Of a DNA stretch of 64,000 bases, positions 55,539 to 64,000 are shown piece by piece (positions within the stretch are counted from its first letter, which is position 1; each line of letters begins with the position of its first letter). The DNA lies in contig CP086569.2 of the NCBI GenBank assembly GCA_009914755.4, positions 37,728,001 to 37,792,000 of the forward strand. Reading direction: 5' to 3'. The notes beneath the pieces were generated by a model. The model was not told the origin of the DNA. It made no database searches and was given only the letters and a program-made list of their open reading frames with translations. This stretch comes from the human T2T-CHM13v2.0 reference genome, Homo sapiens. Position numbers and translations under genes: made by a program.

Positions 55539-58500
55539 GAAGGTTCTCGAAAAAAATGGAATCGAATGGAATGGAATTGAATGGAACGGAATAGAGTCGA
55601 ATGGAATTGAATGGAATGGAATGGACTAGAGTGAAATGGAATCGAACCACAAGGAATGGACAGGAATAGAATGGTCTCGAATTGAATGGAATCGTATGGA
55701 ATGGCATCAAACGGAATGGAATGGACAGCCACGGAATGGAATGCACTCGAATGCAATGGAGTCGAAACTAATGGACTGGAATAGAATGGACTCGACTGGT
55801 ACGGACTCCAATGGAATGGAATCGAATGGAAGGGAATCGAACGGAAGGGAATCGAACGGAATGGACTCGAAGGGAAAAGACTGCAATAGAAAGGTCTCGA
55901 ATGGAATGGAAATTAATGGAATGGAATGGAATCGAATGAAATGGAGTCAAAAGGAATGGAATCGAATGGCAAGAAATCTAATGTAATGGAATCGCCAGGA
56001 ATTGATGTGAACGGAACGGAATGGAATGGAATCCAAAGGAATGGAATAGAATGGAATGGAATCGAATGGAAAGGACTCGAATGGAAATCACTCGAATAGA
56101 ATGCAATTTAATAAAATAGGATCAAATGTAATGGAATGGAATGGAAAGGAATCGAAACGAAAGGAATGGAGACAGATGGAATGGAATGGAACAGAGAGCA
56201 ATGGTATAGAATGGAATGGAATCATCTGGAATGGAATTGAATGGAATGGAATAATATGAAATGGAATGGAATGGAATGGAATGGAATGCCCTTGAATTAA
56301 ATGGACTGGAATGGAATGGACTCAAACAGAGTGGAATGGAAAGTGTGGAGATAGAATGGAATGAACTCCTTTGGAATGGTGTAGTATGCAATGCAATCGA
56401 CTGGCAGGGAATCAAAAGGAATGTAATCGAATGGATTGGACTGGAATGCAATGGACTCGAATAGATTGGAAACGGAATGCAAAGGAATGGAATGGAATAG
56501 TATGGAATGCAATGGAAGGGAATGGAGTGGAATAGACTAGAGTGGAATGGAATGGACTGGAAAGCAATGGACTGGAATGGAACTTTCTTGGATGGACTGG
56601 AACCAAACGGAATGGAATGCAATGCAATCAAATGGCATGGAATAAAATAGAATGAAAGAGAATCAAATGGAATTGAATCGAATGGAATCGAATGGATTGG
56701 AAAGGAATAGAATGGAATGGAATGGAATTGACTCAAATGGAATGGACTAGAATGGAATGGATTCGAATGGAAGGCAAAGGAATGGAATCTATTGGAATGG
56801 ACTGTAATGGAATGGAATGGAAGGGATTGGAATGGACTCGAATGGAATGGACTGCAATAGAAAGGATTCGAATGGAATGAAAAAGAATTGAATGGAATAG
56901 AACAGAATGGAATCAAATCGAATGAAATGGAATGGAATAGAAAGGAATGGAATGAAATGGAATGGAAAGGATTCGAATGGAATGCAATCGAATGGAATGG
57001 AATCGAACGGAATGGAATAAAATGGAAGAAAACTGGCAAGAAATGGAATCGAAATGAATGGAGTGTTATGGAACGGACTCAAAAGGAATTGAATGTAATA
57101 GAATGGAGTGGAGTGGACTCGAATATAATGGACTGGAATGGAATGAAATCACATGGAATGGGAACGAATGGAATGGAATGGAAAGGAATGGAATCGAATG
57201 GAAAGGAATCGAATGGAAGGGAATGAAATTGAATCAACAGGAATGGAAGGGAATAGAATAGACTGTAATGGAATGGACTCGAATAGAATGGACACGAATG
57301 CTCAAATTAAATGGACTCGAATGGAATGGAAACGAAAGGAATGTCATCGAATGGAATTGAATCGATTGGAATGAAATCGCATAGAATGGAGTGGAATCAA
57401 ATGGAATTGAATCGAAAGGAAAGGAAGCGAATGGACTGAAATGAAATGGAATGGAATTGAATGGAAAGTAATGCAATGGAATAGAATGGAACGAAATTTC
57501 ACGGAATGGAATCAAACTGAATGGAATCAAATCAATGGAATCAAATCAAATGGAATGGAAAGGAATTGAATGGAGTAGATGGGATTGGATGGGATTGGAA
57601 TGAAATGTACTGGAAAGGACTCGAATTTCATGAAACGGAATGGAATGAATTGGAACGGAATGGACTCGAATGGAATGGAATGTCATGGGATGGCATCAAA
57701 CGGAATGGCATCAAATGGAATGGAATCGAATGCAATGGAATGCTATGGAATGGAATGGAATGCATTGGAATGGAATGTCCTCTAATGGAATGGATTCGAG
57801 TGGAATGGAATTGAATATAATGGAGTCGAATGAAATGGAATTGAAAGGAATGGGATCGAATACAATGGAATATACTGGAATGTAACGTAATGAACTCGAA
57901 TGTAATTGACTGGAATGGAATGTACATGAATGGAATGTAATCGAATGGAAAGTAATCCAATGGAATAGAATCTAATGCAATAAAATCGACTCAGATAGAG
58001 TAGAATGTAATGGAATGGAGTGCAGTGCAATGGAATGGAATGGAATGGAATGCAATGGAATGGAATGGAATGGAATGGGATGGAATGGTATGGAATGGAT
58101 AGTAATGGACTGGAGTGAAATGGACTGGAAAGGAATGGACTCAAATTGAAAGGGCACGAAAGGAATGGAGTCAAATGGAATGGTCTGGAATGGAATGAAC
58201 ACGAATGTAATGCAACCCAATAGAATGGAATCGAATGGCATGGAATATAAAGAAATGGAATCGAAGAGAATGGAAACAAATGGAATGGAATTGAATGGAA
58301 TGGGAACGAATGGAGTGAAATTGTATGCAGTAGAAGTGAATAGAATGGAATGCAAGCGAAAGGAAAGGAATGGATTGGAATGGAATGGAATTCATTGGAA
58401 TGGAAGGGAATGTAGTGTAATGGACAGGCCTGGAATAAAGTGGAATGCTACGGTCTCGAATGGAATAAAAATGTATGGAATGGAATGCAATGAAACGGAA

Positions 58501-59082
58501 TCGAATGTCATAGAATGTAATGGAATGCAAAAAAATGGAATCCAAAATCATTGACTGGAAAGGCTGGGTGTCGAAAGGAATTGACTCCAATGGAATGGAA
58601 TCGAATGGAATGGAAGTGAATAGAATCGAACTAAATCGAATGGAATGGAATTGATAGGAACGGAATGGAAAGGAATGCAATGATTTGGCATGGAATGGAA
58701 TCGAATGGCATCGAATGGAATGGAATGGAATGCAATGGAATGGAATGTATTAGAATGTAATGAACTTTAATGGAATGTACTCGAATGGATTCGACTGGAA
58801 TGGAATGTTCTGGAAGTGAATGGACTCCAATGGAATGGATTCAAAAGGAATGGAATCGTACGGAATGGAATCTAATGGAATGGAATTAAATGGAAATGAA
58901 TCAAATTGAATAGCACGGAATTGAATTGAATGGAATGGAATGCAATGGAATCTAATGAAACGGAAAGGAAAGGAATGGAATGGAATGGAATGGGCTGGAA
59001 TGGAAAGGAATCGAAACGAATGGAATGGAATCGAACTGAAGAGACTGGAATGGAATGCACTGGAATGGAAGGGAGTGTAATG
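55539..59082 (+). repeat. HOR unit U17 (3544 bp), subfamily C
   Basis: A canonical anchor is at 55539. The 15-bp duplication is at 55832..55861. Several 15-bp deletions relative to its neighbours (129-aa versus 134-aa artefact ORF at 58165) account for the shorter length. Confidence 0.9.
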
Positions 59083-62000
59083 GAAGGTTGTCGAAAAAAA
59101 TGGAATCGAATGGAATGGAATTGAATGGAACGGAATAGAGTCGAATAGAATTGAATGGAATGGAATGGACTAGAGTGAAATGGAATCGAACCACAAGGAA
59201 TGGACAGGAATAGAATGGTCTCGAATTGAATGGAATCGTATGGAATGGCATCAAACGGAATGGAATGGACAGCCACGGAATGGAATGCACTCGAATGCAA
59301 TGGAGTCGAAACAAATGGACTGGAATAGAATGGACTCGACTGGTACGGACTCCAATGGAATGGAATCGAATGGAAGGGAATCGAACGGAAGGGAATCGAA
59401 CGGAATGGACTCGAAGGGAAAAGACTGCAATGGAAAGGTCTCGAATGGAATGGAAATTAATGGAATGGAATGGAATCGAATGAAATGGAGTCAAAAGGAA
59501 TGGAATCGAATGGCAAGAAATCTAATGTAATGGAATCGCCAGGAATTGATGCGAACGGAACGGAATGGAATGGAATCCAAAGGAATGGAATAGAATGGAA
59601 TGGAATCGAATGGAAAGGACTCCAATGGAAATCACTCGAATAGAATGCAATTTAATAAAATAGGATCAAATGTAATGGAATGGAATGGAAAGGAATCGAA
59701 ACGAAAGGAATGGAGACAGATGGAATGGAATGGAACAGAGAGCAATGGTATAGAATGGAATGGAATCATCTGGAATGGAATTGAATGGAATGGAATAATA
59801 TGAAATGGAATGGAATGGAATGGAGTGGAATGCCCTTGAATTAAATGGACTGGAATGGAATGGACTCAAACAGAGTGGAATGGAAAGTGTGGAGATAGAA
59901 TGGAATGAACTCCTTTGGAATGGTGTAGTATGCAATGCAATCGACTGGCAGGGAATCAAAAGAAATGTAATCGAATGGATTGGACTGGAATGCAATGGAC
60001 TCGAATAGATTGGAAACGGAATGCAAAGGAATGGAATGGAATAGTATGGAATGCAATGGAAGGGAATGGAGTGGAATAGACTAGAGTGGAATGGAATGGA
60101 CTGGAAAGCAATGGACTGGAATGGAACTTTCTTGGATGGACTGGAATCAAACGGAATGGAATGCAATGCAATCAAATGGCATGGAATAAAATAGAATGAA
60201 AGAGAATCAAATGGAATTGAATCGAATGGAATCGAATGGATTGGAAATGAATAGAATGGAATGGAATGGAATTGACTCAAATGGAATGGACTAGAATGGA
60301 ATGGATTCGAATGGAAGGCAAAGGAATGGAATCTATTGGAATGGACTGTAATGGAATGGAATGGAAGGGATTGGAATGGACTCGAATGGAATGGACTGCA
60401 ATAGAAAGGATTCGAATGGAATGAAAAAGAATTGAATGGAATAGAACAGAATGGAATCAAATCGAATGAAATGGAATGGAATAGAAAGGAATGGAATGAA
60501 ATGGAATGGAAAGGATTCGAATGGAATGCAATCGAATGGAATGGAATCGAACGGAATGGAATAAAATGGAAGAAAACTGGCAAGAAATGGAATCGAAATG
60601 AATGGAGTGTTATGGAACGGACTCAAACGGAATTGAATGTAATAGAATGGAGTGGAGTGGACTCGAATATAATGGACTGGAATGGAATGAAATCACATGG
60701 AATGGGAACGAATGGAATGGAATGGAAAGGAATGGAATCGAATGGAAAGGAATCGAATGGAAGGGAATGAAATTGAATCAACAGGAATGGAAGGGAATAG
60801 AATAGACTGTAATGGAATGGACTCGAATAGAATGGACACGAATGCTCAAATTAAATGGACTCGAATGGAATGGAAACGAAAGGAATGTCATCGAATGGAA
60901 TTGAATCGATTGGAATGAAATCGCATAGAATGGAGTGGAATCAAATGGAATTGAATCGAAAGGAAAGGAAGCGAATGCACTGAAATGAAATGGAATGGAA
61001 TTGTATGGAAAGTAATGCAATGGAATAGAATGGAACGAAATTTCACGGAATGGAATCAAACTGAATGGAATCAAATCAATGGAATCAAATCAAATGGAAT
61101 GGAAAGGAATTGAATGGAGTAGATGGGATTGGATGGGATTGGAATGAAATGTACTGGAAAGGACTCGAATTTCATGAAACGGAATGGAATGAATTGGAAC
61201 GGAATGGACTCGAATGGAATGGAATGTCATGGGATGGCATCAAATGGAATGGCATCAAATGGAATGGAATCGAATGCAATGGAATGCTGTGGAATGGAAT
61301 GGAATGCATTGGAATGGAATGTCCTCTAATGGAATGGATTCGAGTGGAATGGAATTGAATATAATGGAGTCGAATGAAATGGAATTGAAAGGAATGGGAT
61401 CGAATACAATGGAATATACTGGAATGTAACGTAATGAACTCGAATGTAATTGACTGGAATGGAATGTACATGAATGGAATGTAATCGAATGGAAAGTAAT
61501 CCAATGGAATAGAATCTAATGCAATAAAATCGACTCAGATAGAGTAGAATGTAATGGAATGGAGTGCAGTGCAATGGAATGGAATGGAATGGAATGCAAT
61601 GGAATGGAATGGAATGGAATGGAATGGAATGGAATGGAATGGGATGGAATGGTATGGAATGGATAGTAATAGACTGGAGTGAAATGGACTGGAAAGGAAT
61701 GGACTCAAATTGAAAGGGCTCGAAAGGAATGGAGTCAAATGGAATGGTCTGGAATGGAATGAACACGAATGTAATGCAACCCAATAGAATGGAATCGAAT
61801 GGCATGGAATATAAAGAAATGGAATCGAAGAGAATGGAAACAAATGGAATGGAATTGAATGGAATGGAATTGAATGGAATGGGAACGAATGGAGTGAAAT
61901 TGTATGCAGTAGAAGAGAATAGAATGGAATGCAAGCGAAAGGAAAGGAATGGATTGGAATGGAATGGAATTCATTGGAATGGAAGGGAATGTAGTGTAAT

Positions 62001-62661
62001 GGACAGGCCTGGAATAAAGTGGAATGCTACGGTCTCGAATGGAATAAAAATGTATGGAATGGAATGCAATGAAACGGAATCGAATGTCATAGAATGTAAT
62101 GGAATGCAAAAAAATGGAATCCAAAATCATTGACTGGAAAGGCTGGGTGTCGAAAGGAATTGACTCCAATGGAATGGAATCGAATGGAATGGAAGTGAAT
62201 AGAATCGAACTAAATCGAATGGAATGGAATTGATAGGAACGGAATGGAAAGGAATGCAATGATTTGGCATGGAATGGAATCGAATGGCATCGAATGGAAT
62301 GGAATGGAATGCAATGGAATGGAATGTATTAGAATGGAATGAACTTTAATGGAATGTACTCGAATGGATTCGACTGGAATGGAATGTTCTGGAAGTGAAT
62401 GGACTCCAATGGAATGGATTCAAAAGGAATGGAATCGTACGGAATGGAATCTAATGGAATGGAATTAAATGGAAATGAATCAAATTGAATAGCACGGAAT
62501 TGAATTGAATGGAATGGAATGCAATGGAATCTAATGAAACGGAAAGGAAAGGAATGGAATGGAATGGAATGGGCTGGAATGGAAAGGAATCGAAACGAAT
62601 GGAATGGAATCGAACTGAAGAGACTGGAATGGAATGCACTGGAATGGAAGGGAGTGTAATG
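59083..62661 (+). repeat. HOR unit U18 (3579 bp), subfamily C; copy of U16
   Basis: The anchor variant gaaggttGtcgaa is at 59083. The 15-bp duplication is at 59386..59415. Confidence 0.9.
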
Positions 62662-64000
62662 GAAGGTTGTCGAAAAAAATGGAATCGAATGGAATGGAAT
62701 TGAATGGAACGGAATAGAGTCGAATGGAATTGAATGGAATGGAATGGACTAGAGTGAAATGGAATCGAACCACAAGGAATGGACAGGAATAGAATGGTCT
62801 CGAATTGAATGGAATCGTATGGAATGGCATCAAACGGAATGGAATGGACAGCCACGGAATGGAATGCACTCGAATGCAATGGAGTCGAAACAAATGGACT
62901 GGAATAGAATGGACTCGACTGGTACGGACTCCAATGGAATGGAATCGAATGGAAGGGAATCGAACGGAAGGGAATCGAACGGAATGGACTCGAAGGGAAA
63001 AGACTGCAATGGAAAGGTCTCGAATGGAATGGAAATTAATGGAATGGAATGGAATCGAATGAAATGGAGTCAAAAGGAATGGAATCGAATGGCAAGAAAT
63101 CTAATGTAATGCAATCGCCAGGAATTGATGCGAACGGAACGGAATGGAATGGAATCCAAAGGAATGGAATAGAATGGAATGGAATCGAATGGAAAGGACT
63201 CCAATGGAAATCACTCGAATAGAATGCAATTTAATAAAATAGGATCAAATGTAATGGAATGGAATGGAAAGGAATCGAAACGAAAGGAATGGAGACAGAT
63301 GGAATGGAATGGAACAGAGAGCAATGGTATAGAATGGAATGGAATCATCTGGAATGGAATTGAATGGAATGGAATAATATGAAATGGAATGGAATGGAAT
63401 GGAGTGGAATGCCCTTGAATTAAATGGACTGGAATGGAATGGACTCAAACAGAGTGGAATGGAAAGTGTGGAGATAGAATGGAATGAACTCCTTTGGAAT
63501 GGTGTAGTATGCAATGCAATCGACTGGCAGGGAATCAAAAGAAATGTAATCGAATGGATTGGACTGGAATGCAATGGACTCGAATAGATTGGAAACGGAA
63601 TGCAAAGGAATGGAATGGAATAGTATGGAATGCAATGGAAGGGAATGGAGTGGAATAGACTAGAGTGGAATGGAATGGACTGGAAAGCAATGGACTGGAA
63701 TGGAACTTTCTTGGATGGACTGGAATCAAACGGAATGGAATGCAATGCAATCAAATGGCATGGAATAAAATAGAATGAAAGAGAATCAAATGGAATTGAA
63801 TCGAATGGAATCGAATGGATTGGAAATGAATAGAATGGAATGGAATGGAATTGACTCAAATGGAATGGACTAGAATGGAATGGATTCGAATGGAAGGCAA
63901 AGGAATGGAATCTATTGGAATGGACTGTAATGGAATGGAATGGAAGGGATTGGAATGGACTCGAATGGAATGGACTGCAATAGAAAGGATTCGAATGGAA
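62662..64000 (+). repeat. HOR unit U19, subfamily C, cut off by the window end
   Basis: The anchor variant is at 62662. The 15-bp duplication is at 62955..62984. Confidence 0.85.

Larger units (their letters stand above)
1..64000 (+). repeat. Tandem satellite array of degenerate (GGAAT)n pentamers, human Satellite III (HSat3) type, organised as a ~3.56-kb higher-order repeat; most likely the Yq12 DYZ1 satellite
   Basis: The + strand is about 75% purine. It is made almost entirely of ggaat / gaatg / cgaatgg / tcgaatggaatgg words. The same ~3.56-kb block recurs 19 times at >98% identity. Identical artefact ORFs recur at lags of 3529 to 3579 bp: 98, 3627, 7196, 10770, 14339, 17913, 21477, and so on. 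Confidence 0.9.
51965..64000 (+). repeat. Subfamily-C domain with a 2-unit (~7.12 kb) super-repeat: [U16,U17] then [U18,U19 partial]
   Basis: U16 and U18 share the variants DYISFDS, DSNGIECN, ECCGMEW and YFPYNSIPF and the TTC-to-TTG anchor. U17 carries the alternative alleles at each of these positions. U19, cut off by the window end, shows the U18/U16-type alleles in what is visible (gaaggttGtcgaa anchor, DYISFDS at 63420). Confidence 0.7.

Noticed and set aside
1-64000. A regular array of direct repeats could be a CRISPR array
   Set aside because: There are no short conserved repeats separated by unique spacers. Periodicity is 5 bp and 3.56 kb, and the composition and organisation are those of a eukaryotic satellite.
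1-64000. Alpha satellite or HSat2 as alternative classifications
   Set aside because: There is no 171-bp periodicity. Long perfect GGAAT runs and a 3.56-kb HOR fit HSat3 better than the more diverged 23/26-bp HSat2 pattern. HSat2/HSat3 subfamily assignment would still need a k-mer or alignment check.

Overview
The whole 64 kb window is one head-to-tail tandem satellite array; it contains no protein-coding genes, RNA genes, CRISPR arrays or mobile elements. The + strand is the purine-rich strand of a degenerate (GGAAT)n pentamer satellite, which is human Satellite III (HSat3) type. This is organised into a higher-order repeat (HOR) unit of about 3.56 kb, with 19 copies in the window and unit lengths of 3529 to 3579 bp. 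The period, the GGAAT composition, and one GGCC (HaeIII) plus one GAATTC (EcoRI) site per unit match the classical description of the human Y-chromosome Yq12 DYZ1 satellite. I could not run a similarity search to confirm that assignment. Every ORF in the supplied track is a translation artefact: the + frames give MEWNG/ESNGM repeats and the - frames give IPFHS/FHSIP repeats, and they overlap in all six frames. What is worth a second look is the internal architecture. The array shows nested super-repeats of 2 units (~7.14 kb) and 3 units (~10.68 kb). There is one ~1.4 kb deletion junction carrying 11 bp of microhomology. Around 51.9 kb the array shifts abruptly to a distinct unit subfamily marked by a 15-bp tandem duplication and diagnostic substitutions. 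The perfect (GGAAT)n tract inside each unit is a length-variation hotspot. Each unit carries two exact matches to the canonical trimeric heat-shock element nGAAnnTTCnnGAAn, and one of them is point-mutated (TTC to TTG) in three of the four subfamily-C units. I do not see a novel gene system here. This is a well-behaved satellite whose record of unequal crossing-over can be read directly from the sequence.
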